The position numbers and the translations under genes are program-made. Below the pieces are notes generated by a model. The model was not told where the DNA came from and ran no database searches. It worked only from the letters and a program-made list of their open reading frames with translations. This document shows positions 38,830 to 51,200 of a stretch of DNA of 64,000 bases, piece after piece. How positions within the stretch are numbered: the stretch's first letter is position 1; every line of letters begins with the position of its first letter. This DNA is from Tubulanus polymorphus (lineage: Eukaryota; Animalia; Nemertea), in contig NC_134033.1 of the NCBI RefSeq assembly GCF_964204645.1, positions 5,418,231 through 5,482,230 on the forward strand. Reading direction: 5' to 3'.

Positions 38830-41238
38830 GTGATCATGCTACCCACGGATCGAAATATCGTATTAAAATTCTTCTTCTTCACGTTCCCGTACCTCGTCGC
38901 TAGCTTCCGAAATTATGAGAAATGCTATATCAAATCCAGGACTGCTAAAAGTAAAGTCAAGTTCCTTCAGGAGTGTTATGCCGAAAAAGTGGTTCCGCGA
39001 TCACTTTCTTGGATTTGGAAATACGACTCCAGCTCTGCGTTTCCACCCGAAGCTAACAAGCAACTCAAATTCGCTATAGATCGTGCTAAGGAAGACTGTA
39101 ACTATCAGTTCTATAAATTCCGTCAATCTCAAAATTATTTGAAGTCACACGTACCGGACCTATTCCTCTGGAAATCGCTCTCCACTATTGTTCAAGGCTC
39201 TGGAAAATATCATCAGCACAGAAAGTCCGTGGATCTTACCAACCAACTGAATAAACTCATTGATTCCAGCCCTTGGACTAGATTTAGCAACACCGAAAAC
39301 ATAGTAAATTTGTCTTCAACCACGTTATCTTCTACTCAGTGTCAACTTCTCGGCTACGGTTTGAATTTTTCTCTTCCTCATCAAGATAAACATGTTTTAG
39401 ACTTTGTCACCCAATTGGAATATCGCAAATCATCTCCGAACAGTTTGGACTATAACTTTATATTCATGAATCTACAGGCTATATGCGATCAACTCAACAG
39501 GAACCTTTTTGAATATCTACCTCGTCGATTTCGGCTCGCCCTCCAAGAACTACGGAAGTTAAAGACTATTAAAATATCTAAGGCTGATAAAGGTGGCAAG
39601 ATTGTGATTTTAGATCTGGATAATTATAATGTTAAAATGCAATCTCTCTTGGATAATCCTGGTGTTTATAAGAAACTTAAATCGAATCCTCTTCCTCGTA
39701 TGCAAGCTAATTTCAACAGAAGTCTTTCGGATATTATTAAACGTTTCCCCTCCGCTAAAGAAACTCTGAATAAGTTCCATTCACGTCTTCCCTCTTTACC
39801 ATATATCTATGGTTTGCCTAAAATTCATAAAGATAATGTTCCACTGCGCCCTATAGTCTCCAATTGTAATTCTCCTACATACCGGTTATCTAAATTTCTC
39901 GCGAAACAGTTATCTCCGGTGCTCGGTTCGTTCTCTCCGTCGCACCTTCGCCATAATCAACACTTACTTGAACGTATTAAGAATATTATCCCTGGCAACG
40001 ACAAATTTATATCATTTGATGTTACTTCCCTTTTTACCAATGTTCCTCTTGGACCTACTCTTGATTTCTTAAAACGCAGATTACCATCACTTAACATTAA
40101 CTTCGGCATTCCTACGGATTGTATCATCGACCTTATCTCTATTTGTACGACGGACTCCTTTTTTGAATTCAACAATTGTTTTTACGAGCAGACATTCGGT
40201 ATCGCTATGGGAAATCCTCTAAGTCCTATTCTAGCTAATTTATTCCTAGAACATGTTGAATCTGAAATATTGCCTCTTTACACTGATATTCACCCTAAAA
40301 TCTGGCTCAGATATGTTGACGATGTTCTGGCTTTGGTTCCCTTTGACTTCAATGTAGATAACTTTCTTATATATTTAAACTCCCTTTACCCGTCTCTGGC
40401 TTTTACGTATGAATGGGAATCTAATAGTAAAATACCTTTTCTGGATGTTTTGATTTTTAACTGTGGATCCTTTTTGAAATTCGCGGTTTATAGGAAACCT
40501 ACCAACGCTGAATCCTACCTCCATTACTTCTCTTTTACTTCTCCGGATATTAAACTCGGTTTAGCTCAAGGATTATTTCTTCGCGCTTTGAGAATTTGCG
40601 ACCCCTCATTTCTACCCGATGAAATTCACCATATTAACCAATCTCTCAAAAAACTTGCCTACCCCGATTTCCTATTGAAAAAAGCTCTACTTAAAGCTCG
40701 TACTACGCATTTTAGAAATAACAACCTTAGAACTCCTACGTTGGCTACCGATAAACAGCCTATCATTGTACCGTATGTACCTTTCCTCGAGAATTCTAAA
40801 GTTTCTCTTCGGTCACTAAATAAACAACTCATCTTTAAATACAATAATAAACTTAGTAACATATTGATTAACAACAAACCGAAAACCGAATCCCTAAACT
40901 GTGGAATTTATAAAATACCTTGTAAAGTTTGCGACAAAGTATATATAGGAGAAACAGGTCGGAATCTTAATCAACGCATAAAAGAGCATAAATTAGATGT
41001 AAAAAACTTTAAACCTGAAAGCGGAGTTGCTAGTCATGTTTTTCAGACTTCACACAATTTTGATTTTGCTAATGCTGAATTAGTTTACCCTTGCAGCGAT
41101 AAAACTAGAAGACATATTTTGGAATCTGCATTAATTATTGAAAATTCGAACAACGTTGTAAACCTTAACAATGGTTTTTCACCCCATAATAAACTTATAT
41201 CAAAATTCCTCTGTAAACTGGTTAAACTCAACACTTGA
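38830..41238 (+). CDS. Penelope-like element polyprotein: reverse transcriptase + GIY-YIG endonuclease
   Basis: Uninterrupted 802-aa ORF (first ATG at 38836) with KADKG, YGLPKIHK, PLRPIVS, SFDVTSLFTNVP, GIAMGNPLSP, RYVDD, VYRKPT and GIYKIPCKVCDKVYIGETGR..RIKEH. Confidence 0.96.
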   Translation: MIMLPTDRNIVLKFFFFTFPYLVASFRNYEKCYIKSRTAKSKVKFLQECYAEKVVPRSLSWIWKYDSSSAFPPEANKQLKFAIDRAKEDCNYQFYKFRQSQNYLKSHVPDLFLWKSLSTIVQGSGKYHQHRKSVDLTNQLNKLIDSSPWTRFSNTENIVNLSSTTLSSTQCQLLGYGLNFSLPHQDKHVLDFVTQLEYRKSSPNSLDYNFIFMNLQAICDQLNRNLFEYLPRRFRLALQELRKLKTIKISKADKGGKIVILDLDNYNVKMQSLLDNPGVYKKLKSNPLPRMQANFNRSLSDIIKRFPSAKETLNKFHSRLPSLPYIYGLPKIHKDNVPLRPIVSNCNSPTYRLSKFLAKQLSPVLGSFSPSHLRHNQHLLERIKNIIPGNDKFISFDVTSLFTNVPLGPTLDFLKRRLPSLNINFGIPTDCIIDLISICTTDSFFEFNNCFYEQTFGIAMGNPLSPILANLFLEHVESEILPLYTDIHPKIWLRYVDDVLALVPFDFNVDNFLIYLNSLYPSLAFTYEWESNSKIPFLDVLIFNCGSFLKFAVYRKPTNAESYLHYFSFTSPDIKLGLAQGLFLRALRICDPSFLPDEIHHINQSLKKLAYPDFLLKKALLKARTTHFRNNNLRTPTLATDKQPIIVPYVPFLENSKVSLRSLNKQLIFKYNNKLSNILINNKPKTESLNCGIYKIPCKVCDKVYIGETGRNLNQRIKEHKLDVKNFKPESGVASHVFQTSHNFDFANAELVYPCSDKTRRHILESALIIENSNNVVNLNNGFSPHNKLISKFLCKLVKLNT

Positions 41239-41542
41239 TTTCCCCTTTGATTATTTGTTATTTGTTCTCTCATCAATTTCGTCTCTGACTTAACTTGTAT
41301 TCACCTTTGTTTTAAGTGCCCCCTAGTTTGTCTTTCTTTTTACTACTGACTTTAAGTTTCATTTATATTTATACTCACTATTGTTGTTTATAATCACCCC
41401 TTAGTTTGCTTCCCTTTAATCTATTTTAGCGTGTAACTGTTTCTACGTTAATTTTCCTTTAGTTTGTATCATCTCTGATTACTTGAATTAGTCTCTTTGT
41501 CCCTGGATTGTATATATATCTCATAATTTCTGTAGTATCTCA

Positions 41543-41588
41543 TTATTCCTGAAGATGACTATTAGGATATAGTCGAAACGTTGAATAA
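41543..41588 (+). ncRNA. Minimal type I hammerhead ribozyme in the Penelope pLTR
   Basis: TTATTC-CTGAAGA-T-GACTAT-taggat-ATAGTC-GAAA-CG-TT-GAATAA: stem I TTATTC/GAATAA, CUGANGA core, 6-bp stem II, GAAA, and a palindromic AACGTT in place of stem III. Confidence 0.85.
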
Positions 41589-42346
41589 ACTACTATCTCG
41601 AAGTTTCATTTTCGGACTTTTTATTATCATTGTGGGATTCTCTCCTCATCGCGTCAACACGGATATTGTGTTTTACCTATCGTGATAATCCGATTATCGC
41701 GATTAGGATAACAATAGGGTTTTCTGCCGAATGGACGGAAAACCGCAATGAATCTTTTTCACAGTGTACGACTGAAAGTTCGTCACGTCACCTGGTGGCA
41801 TAGCTGGCATTGCGGTCCACCAATTCAACACAGTCTACAGACACCGGATCGCTCAAAGTTATGTCGTAATTAATTGCATTGCCTGTTGGTTACGAAAAGC
41901 AGCGAAATAAAACTCAACCATAAACACCAGCGACACGCAGTGGCATACACGACGGGCGTTTGGCATCCACTTGGTACTTCACTAGCGGCACTTAACGTCT
42001 TCAATTAAACCGCCAAGTACCACCGGTAACGTATATGTCTTGCCAATGATTTCCTCGGCCGATTTCGCTGATCAGCATCGTCATACAAAAATACGTTCAA
42101 ACAGGCATACAAGCCAAAATTACTACTTAGAAATTGAACTCTTTGGTGTGTGCAAATCTCTTCGGATTCATATCACGATATGTGGTTTTTTAACTATTTC
42201 TACTTGTGATCTTGATGCCTGTTTTTTTTACATAGTTCGTTATATGTTTTTCATTAATGATTTTTTTGTCGAAGAGAAGCCTCTCTAGCGAAGTGTTTGC
42301 CATCATCGGTAACGAAGCCCCGTGGGAAATAGAAATAAACGGTAAT

Positions 42347-45300
42347 TCAGTTTGTACACGTCACCGTTATCGAAGAACTCTCCAAATTACCGCTATTTCC
42401 CTGTGTATAATAAAGTCTCCCGCCCATGTCGAACGTGAAGCGTGAATTTTTCGATTTGTGGAACGTGGCCGCTTTCACCGGCAGCGACTTTCCTTTCGGA
42501 CTGGCAGTGCCGCACGACAACGAGGATTCTGGCCTGCTCATAAACCTCGAATTGCTGGCCGACGCAAAAGCGAAGGTTTTGCCGTCGTGGTTGAGGTATA
42601 TTGCTTGCGCGTTACTCGACAATGGACACGTAGTTATTTCGCTGGCCGCTGACGAGGTATCCGTCGGAACGTTGAACAGATGAAGGGTCCCGCCGCCTGG
42701 AAGTAAACGATAAAACTATAACTTGACAGTTTATTGACGCTTTGAAAAATAACAGATCTATGTGTGTAGCGTGATATTGTTGACGATGAATAATATAATA
42801 TAAACGATATGATATAAAGCATCAATAAAGTTATTTTGAATTCGAATGTACCAACTCGGCAACCAGTCTAGTCCCAGTATTGATGACGCACCGCACATCA
42901 ACGAAAAATGTCATGATTAAAAGACATGAATGCAATTAATTTGGAGTTAATGAGCCATGAGATTAATTTGATTACAAAAGTGCAATTGTTTTTTTTTTTG
43001 AAACGACAATTTTGATGACGTAGTGCGCACCGACTCACGCAGTTTCTCCCATACATAATGCGTACCAGTAATCAATATCTATGAACTGCAATTGCCTGAA
43101 CGGAAAATATTTTTTTTCACTTCAATACGCAGTCTACCTCAAACTTCGTACATCAAGTTGAAATATTGTTAGGCACGTCTTGATCGAAGAGAAGCAACAA
43201 TATGAAGAAAGATATTAGACGTTTCGACTCAATGACCATGAAAGGACAACACCACTTGAGGTCAGTTTTATAGACTGGTATCATAACCTCTAAAATCACG
43301 AATATCTATATATGTTAACTTACTGGCCACATCACAGACTGTTGTGGTACATTCTATCGCATCGACTGAGTTCAATCCGGGGAAAACCGAACTTATGGCC
43401 GCTTTAGTCGTAGCTCCGGTCGCCAATTGAATCTCATTCGCGTATATATAAACGGAATCCCGGACGAACAACCATAAACCGGGTGAACTACATTTGCCCG
43501 GTGTAAACCATGTCGCCGAAACGGCTGTCGTTGAACACGGAGGAACAATCGGCGTGAACGAGCTGGGTGGAGCTGTACATATATCTACAACTGGTGTTTT
43601 TGTAGTAGTTGTAAGTTCCGTAGTAGTTGTAGGCTCCGTAGTAGTTGTAGGCTCCGTAGTAGTTGTAGGTTCCGTAGTAGTTGTTGGTTCCGTAGTAGTT
43701 GTAGGCTCCGTAGTAGTTGTAGGCTCCGTAGTAGTTGTAGGTTCCGTAGTAGTTGTTGGTTCCGTAGTAGTTGTAGGTTCCGTAGTAGTTGTTGGTTCCG
43801 TTGTAGTTGTAGGCTCCGTAGTAGTTGTAGGTTCCGTAGTAGTCGTTGGTTCCGTAGTAGTTGTAGGTTCCGTAGTAGTTGTAAGTTCCGTAGTAGTTGT
43901 AGGTTCCGTAGTAGTCGTTGGTTCCGTAGTAGTTGTCGGTTCCGTAGTAGTTGTAGGTTCTGTAGTAGTTGTAGGTTCCGTAGTAGTTGTTGGCTCCGTA
44001 GTAGTTGTTGGTTCCGTAGTAGTCGTTGGTTCCGTAGTAGTTGTAGGTTCCGTAGTAGTTGTTGGTTCCGTAGTAGTTGTAGGTTCCGTAGTAGTTGTTG
44101 GCTCCGTAGTAGTTTTAGGTTCCGTAGTGGTTGTTGGTTCCATAGTAGTTGTAGGTTCTGTAGTAGTTGTAGGTTCTGTAGTAGTTGTTGGTTCCGTAGT
44201 AGTTGTTGGTTCCGTAGTAGTTGTAGGCTCAATAGAAGTTGTTTGTTCGGTGGTAGTTGTAGGTGATGTAGTAGTTGTTGTAGGTGGTGTAGAAGTTGTA
44301 GGCTTCGTGGTAGTTGTAGGCTTCGTGGTACTTGTAGGTTCCATGGTTGACGTCTACAATAGAAGAAATCAAAGGTTTTGATAATAAGGATCCATTTAAA
44401 TTAAACTCTATTTTTGCTTAAGTAAAGACAAGAAAACTACGTTTATTGACGCCTCGAAGAATAACACACATATTCCATTGCCTATTATCATTGATCCTTT
44501 GCGCTGTAATTCTTTTTTGATGACGTCATATGAATCGATGTGTACTACGTCATATCTAGTGGCAATTGAATACAATTTTCGATTCAATAAATTTCCATAT
44601 CTTTTTGATGATGGTTTTTGAGTGGATGTGCCCTACGTCATTGATATTGGGGCTAGCTTGGTTAGACTCTTTGCCGTCAATTCAATTCAATCGTCGATAT
44701 ATTCAATTCCAAAACAACTTTATTGATCTTTACGGTCGACTATATTGCGCAATTTAAGTGTTGTTTCAAGTCGTCAATAAATTTTCAAGTTAGTTTTTTC
44801 TCGCTTTTGAAGGACTACCGGATACGCGCTAGCAGACGGTACAGGTATTTCGGGATGCGTGCCGATGAAACAGTACCCCTCCCCGGCAGGGATTCGAACC
44901 TGATGGCATTGGGATTGCCACAGTACGAAACCCTACCTCACTAGACCTAGTGCGCAGCTACACGCGCAGCTCGGATGATGTCATTATTAGCCAATCAAAA
45001 ATCCCGTTTTATTTTAGGCCGGGTTTTTCCGTTTATAGTTATTCCGTGAAGTCGAGAGGAATCCCACAATAAATTCAGCCAAAAATGAAAAGTTCTATAT
45101 AAAAATGATTATATTTCGAGCAACCTTTTTCATTATTAGATTTTTAAATTATAGCTAACTTTTAATTTTTGGCTGAATTCATTGTGGGATTTCTCTCTCG
45201 TTATTCATCATACACGGATATTGTGTATCTTCTCGTCTCATATTCTTCCCTGGAATCAGCGATTATACAACGAGCAATCTGATCGGTGCCGCAGGTTTTC

Positions 45301-48217
45301 GCGCGGAAAAGCTGCGTATGTACCTGCGCACCCGGTCTACTGTGGCAGGGGTTCGTACCGTGGCTGAGTGTAGCGATGCCATCTGGTTCGAATCCCCGCC
45401 GAGGAAAGATGATCAAAAAGGTTCTATCGCGTTTAACGACCGTCTGTGAAAGCGCCGTGTTATTTTTATTTTATTTTTTCTAGCGCTTATCGATCGATTT
45501 CGATGCGTCAGTGATAATCTGCTAGAACGCGAGGATTATCACAATAACAGAATGACGTGACACGAAGATTCAATTACTGATATGAATGCGATTAATCAAC
45601 CGAAGCGGAAACGATTGGCACACGATAACTTTCCGGATACAATAGAATCGTCGTAGCGGTTAGGTACGATTAGGTGAAACCGACTGGAATCCGGGACATT
45701 GGGTGTCATTGGATCCCGTCTCCCGATTGAGATTGGAAAAAACGAGTTCCAAAATTGTCTGGTTTGATTCGATGCTGGACGCAGTTCCACGGTTGTGTGG
45801 GTCCTAAGTTGACTCTGAATCTAGTTCCACAGTTGTACGGGTTTGATTTTACCAAATTCTGATTTTAATATGTCTCTTGATATGGGTGGTCTGGGTTTAA
45901 TATGACTCTGGATCCAGTTCCACAGTTGTGGTTTTTATTTTGACTCTGAATACAGTTCCACAGTTGTGTGGGTTTAATTTTACCAAATTCGTTCCACAGT
46001 TATGTGGGTTTAATTTGACTCCGAATACAGTTCCAAATTTGTGTGGGTTTAATTTTACCAAATTCCTTCCACAGTTTTGTGGGTTTAATTTTGCCCTGAA
46101 TTCGAGTGAATGGGTTTGATTAAACTCTAGATCCAGTTCTACAGTTGTGTGGGTTTAATACGACTCTGGGTCCAGTTCCTGAGTTGTGTGGGTTTGATTT
46201 TGACTTTGGACCCAGTTGCACAGTTTAACTCGAGTTCGTGTCCGCAGTTGCGACATATTCACTCTTTTATCATATCATCGACAGAAAGGAACAATAATCT
46301 AACGTTACTATAGTAAAGAAACCGATACTCAAAACAAAACTAGTCCTATTCGCCCGGTACGATAATGAACCTTTTTCCACTGGAACCTGCTCAGAGACAT
46401 AGGGAGAGGGAGAGGGAGAGGGAGATATAGAGAGATATAGAGGGATAGAGGGATAGAGGGAGGGAGAGAGGGAGAGGGAGGGAGGGAGGGAGGGAGGGAG
46501 GAGGGAGGGAGTCAGTCAACTTTGGCTGAGAGGGGAAATCATACGTCGTCACGTACGTTTTCAAACGAGATGAGAAAAAAATACGCAGCACCCACTCGAA
46601 CTAAACCGCCGTAATTACAAAATACGTCGAATGCACACAAGATTTAAATTCCATTAACCTCTCGACAACAGAGACTCGATCGAAACTCCCCGTGGCTGAC
46701 ACTTTCCTACTCAGCGCCGTTCAAACACGCGCGTAGCATTAACGCCTGTACCGCGAAATTATAAGTCGGAGCTTCCGTTTCCGCGTGTTGTTGTCGAGCT
46801 GAGTTTGAAGTTTCGTTTCTTTTTTCTCGGCGTTTTGTATATCGGTGAAGCACCGGACGAAGCTTACGATATGCTATTGTTTCGTCGACGTATTCGTTTC
46901 AAAACTGCGCGTTTCACACGATTTTTTTTCGCGTTTCCGTTTCGCTTATGTTGTAAAGTTTGAAACTTAGTTCTTCCGACGAAATAACTGAATCGTTCGT
47001 ATATATATTTGTCGAATGATAGGAACGGAGACTTTATCGAGAGTGTGTTTGAAACGGAATGATTAGTTTACCTTCTCTACGATCTTTCGCTTTTGCGCTA
47101 CGTGTTTCGTTTTTGTGCTGAAGCAAAGGCCGACTTCCGTTTTTGAATTTTTGAGCAATTCATACGGCCATAACATTTATTTCGGTCTTGCTCTTTTTGA
47201 TATTTCGTTTTTACACGATACAAAAAATGAAAAGTTCGTTTTATCGAATTGCATTTTTAGACGATCGTGGTCATAGAAAAATTAAGCAAGTGGCCCTTAT
47301 CAGCCGCGCGACTGAGTTCATGGTTCCCGTGGAAGATTTATTTCCCATTGAATCGATGGTCTAAAATTTATAGTGAAACCTCGATACAACGAACGTCAGG
47401 CCACCAGAAAATCTGTTCATTATAAGCGATAGTTTTATAAACAACGGAACCTCGTAACAACGAACTTCAGGAGACCAGAAAATCGGTTCGTTATAACTGA
47501 TTGTTCTATATACAGTGGAACCTTGTTACAACGATCTTCGGGGACAGATGTTTATAGTGATTCATTCATCCAATATGGAATTAAGTAAGCTTTCTTATTT
47601 GGCCTAAATTTTTTTTTGTTTTTTTTTCAAATTTTCTACATTTTAGTTTTAATATTTCGTATTGGGATATTTAACAGGCAGAAAGGTATAGTATAGGCAG
47701 ATTTTTCATACCCAGTCTATACAAAACCTGCCATTAAAAAGCAAAAAAGAGTAAACAAAATCGCACTTACCGTCCGCGTTGCTAGCGAATCATAACAAAC
47801 GGCTTCACTCACGAACGGTCTTCCTATTTGGTTTTGATTGTGCGCCTGCGCGCAATGCGGAAATAGCCGAGTGCCGTTGTTGACTTGCACCGTACCGGCA
47901 CCGGCGATTTTACAGGATATTTGACGAATTTCGCAAACGCGCTCCTTTTCGCAGAGTTTACTCTTGTAAAGTGTCCGATACACGAACGACAAACACAGAT
48001 GGCCTTCGCGTGCACAACGGTTCGTACAGTCGAGTCGGCTGCGCACCGTTGTCAGCACCGCGCCACTGTTCGTTTCGCTGAAAGCGGTCCCGAATCGTTT
48101 GTATCGAGCGGTTGCTTCCGCTTCCGCCGCCGCGGCAGCCGCGATGTCGTTCCCGATCGCGGCTAATCGATACAGCAACGACAGGAGCCAAACGAGAGCG
48201 GCAGCCACCAGCTTCAT
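42347..48217 (-). CDS. Secreted mucin-like protein (608 aa): signal peptide, PAN/apple domain, (EPTTTT)n tract, hemopexin-like domain
   Basis: Exons 48217-47771 (phase 0), 44353-43324 (phase 1) and 42696-42347 total 1827 nt and are all GT-AG. PAN motif LDCTNRCAREGHLCLSFVY...C; hemopexin-like LWLFVRDSVYIY...ISSVFPGLNSVDA, with a Cys near the C-terminus. Confidence 0.88.
43610..44232 (-). repeat. Coding 18-bp tandem repeat (EPTTTT), about 34 units
   Basis: Visible directly in the sequence and in ORF 43268-44344. Confidence 0.95.
45051..45242. mobile_element. Penelope-derived palindromic relic, same family as 12305-12613
   Basis: gagaggaatcccacaataaattcagccaaaaat is inverted as atttttggctgaattcattgtgggatttctctc, followed by acacggatattgtg. 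Confidence 0.65.
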
Positions 48218-51200
48218 CGTCGAATTATCAGATCAAACTTGATATCACCGTGCACATGTGTTTGGTTCCTTCGCATTTGGTATCCAGATGAAGCGGCATA
48301 CGATAATGACCTGTAACGAATGCAGAAATTGCACAATAGAATTTTATTCGATGAACTTCGTTAAAATTTTAGTTATTTAACCCCGCAACTTTTGAGCAGG
48401 CCCGTGCCGAGTCGGGAGTTCGGTGGTAGCGAACGAACCACCTGAGTTTTGCCCTTTAAAGTCAGCGGTAAATGAGTTGGGTCAAGATTTTGCAAAATTG
48501 ATAAAATGCTCGTGTTTTTTTTTACTGCAAATGAAAAGCAATTCATTCTCAAATGATTTATTCAGGTACCCGGGCACTACATATTTTAGATGTGTCCATT
48601 TCAGTAGGAAAGCGAACCTTTTCACGGTAAAATATTGCCCATTTTCTCGGAATAGAACTGCTCCCAAAAAGCTCTGCATGGGTATGTTGAGATTATAGGC
48701 GCCACTGTTTAGTGGTGCCATCTCAGTTTCTGATGTTGCAAAATCTTGTTTTATTATTGTGAATCACTTAATGCTATGCCAGAAAGGCTGTTCGATGTAT
48801 ATTGCAATTGTTGTTTACACCGCAATAAACTGTTTCAAGCGCATTTTCTCGTTACGTTTTGTACTGCGGGGTGTGTATTGCGTTTAATAATTTCAATCAA
48901 ATAAAATTCTATAACATGGGACTTCTTCATTCGTCTACAGTTAACACGGATTTGAGCGTTTTATTCCAATACTTCAATGACCCGTGTTGAAAAAAGAATT
49001 AGAGATGTGAAACGCCCTGTCCGTGCCTGTTGAAACATATGAACTCCCCGTCACTTAGAATAGAAAAGTCCGAAATGTTTCCTTGAGCTAAGGCCAAATG
49101 AAAATGATACCGTACATTACCTTTTGCCAAATCTGCCGCATCACGTTTTTGTAAACCGCAATATATATTTTATAATCCATTTATATCTATAATTGCCGGG
49201 TGGTGTTATGGTTAGCTTGATCATGATTCAAAAAAGTAATGTACAAGGTAGACAGAGCCAAATTCGGTTTTCGTAGCTAGTCGACTAGTGGTCGGAACTA
49301 ATTAACCGAATGCGCATGATTTCCGGAATAAAGTTTCGACTAACTGGCATTCGGTTTCTCTTAGTTCGACTATAGTAGACTAACTCCTATAACCGAAGTT
49401 GGCCAAGGCGGCCAGTCGGGTCAACTCGATTTATACTGGTATTTGGATTTTAGTGATTCATCTCCTAAAAGTCATCTCATAGAAAACTGAGTAAAGATAT
49501 ACGTACAGCGATGCCGTTTTCTGCAGATGACTTAATTATGATGTAATAGTCGAAACGTTGCGTAAAACATCAGCCCTCAAGGGAACATTTTCGGAGCCTT
49601 CTTTTATTATTCTTAGCTTTCATATTGTCGAGACTGGATTTTCTTACACTTCCATTGTCAGATTTACTGCATCTTTCGCAGGTTTGACTTACAAACCACG
49701 CACGTCATGCATCGGCCGGGTGCAACACACACTCGCACGCACGTTGAGAACGGCCGCTTAGAATACGAAACTATAATCTCCTTAATAAGTCCTTCACGTG
49801 TTTCGTTTGAACTTTGAAAACGTTCGTCTACAAATACAGTCGACGGTTCGCGCGGTTGGTATCAACTTTTTTCGCCCCCACCTACATCTCAATACCGAAT
49901 ATGATTTTTTCGTCTAGACGATCCCAATGCACGAATGACGATTCTAAATTGGTAACTTTTTCTAATAATTAGAAAATATCCCGATATCATCAGCGGCCTA
50001 GACGTGTGGAGTGGTTGACGAGGTGTCGCGCAGTGATTAGTTGCGTGTGCGCATATATCATATTATGTATCCGCGAAATACGAGTCTCGATTGCTCGGCA
50101 AATTAACGACGTAATTTCTCCAATGTTTGCCTGCTTGTCGTTTTTTTGAAGTTCGTCGAAATCTCGTTGAAATCTCGCGGAATTCTCTCCTTTTCTCTCG
50201 CCGGTAATATAACGTCGATTGGAGTTCGGTATTCGCGCGTGCAGTCGACGTTATTGTGATAATTTCCTCGGGAAAAATAACCGCGCGCTGTTGGTATATA
50301 CAGTTAGTTACTCCATTTTTTTAACGATTGAAAATCGTTTTATTTTCTCGAATTTCAAGAGAAAATGAAACTCGAATTTGTGTAGGATTTTTTCGTTTCT
50401 TTCGCGTGTTATAACGGTAAAATTACGGTGGCTCCCGCGCTTCAGAAGTCGTATACTAGGTCTGAGGCGTTTGATGCGAAATTGAAGGTTTCGGTTTCTC
50501 CAGGTCTTTACCGGCAACACCACCTGTCGGGCTGTCTGACTGAAACAAAAATAATCAATTGCTGAAACGACGCCAGAGATCCTGAATGAGTAATATATCA
50601 GAATATATATGAGCAATATATCAGAATATATGTATTAGCAATATACATCAGAATATATATGAGTAATATATTAGAATATTTATGAGTAATATATCGGTCG
50701 ATTTAGGGGTGGTTTCGGGGTTTGTGACTCCTGATGCCTTTCCGTAGAAGTTGCCCGTTTTGTTAAGAGAAAACCTGCATATTCGACGCTAATCTTCTTT
50801 TAAATTGCATCATTTCGGATGTACAGTCAAGGTCCGTTATAATGCCTTCTTAGCGTTCACCTAATGAAACTATTATCCAGGAACAAAAATTTGCCCAATC
50901 TAACTCGAATGAAATACCCTTCTTTGTAATGATAATTTTGTTGTAACGCCATGTTTTTTAGTTGGTTTAAAAAAGGACGTTATTTCTTCTGTAAGATCTA
51001 CTGTATATGACCTACTATTAGATCTTCGTCGATGGCGGCTGCTGGTCTTTGACATGGCTGGTTTTCCCGAGAATGCTGTTTCTTTTCTTCTTTTGACCCC
51101 CCCCCCCTCCCCTTCAGATTTTCCTAGCTCCACCCCTGATATACATTACTTGCGATCCATCGATTGTGCAACGACTTAAGAAATATCGAAAGCAAAATGA

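Larger units (their letters stand above)
38497..41686 (+). mobile_element. Full-length Penelope-like retroelement with inverted 5' pseudo-LTR
   Basis: 38497-38740 is the reverse complement of 41402-41645, and 38735-38834 is a direct copy of 41587-41686. ataatccgatta flanks both ends (38485-38496 and 41685-41696). Confidence 0.95.

Noticed and set aside
43494-44381. Val-rich plus ORF and LLRNLQ minus ORF
   Set aside because: These are antisense or alternative frames of the EPTTTT mucin repeat.
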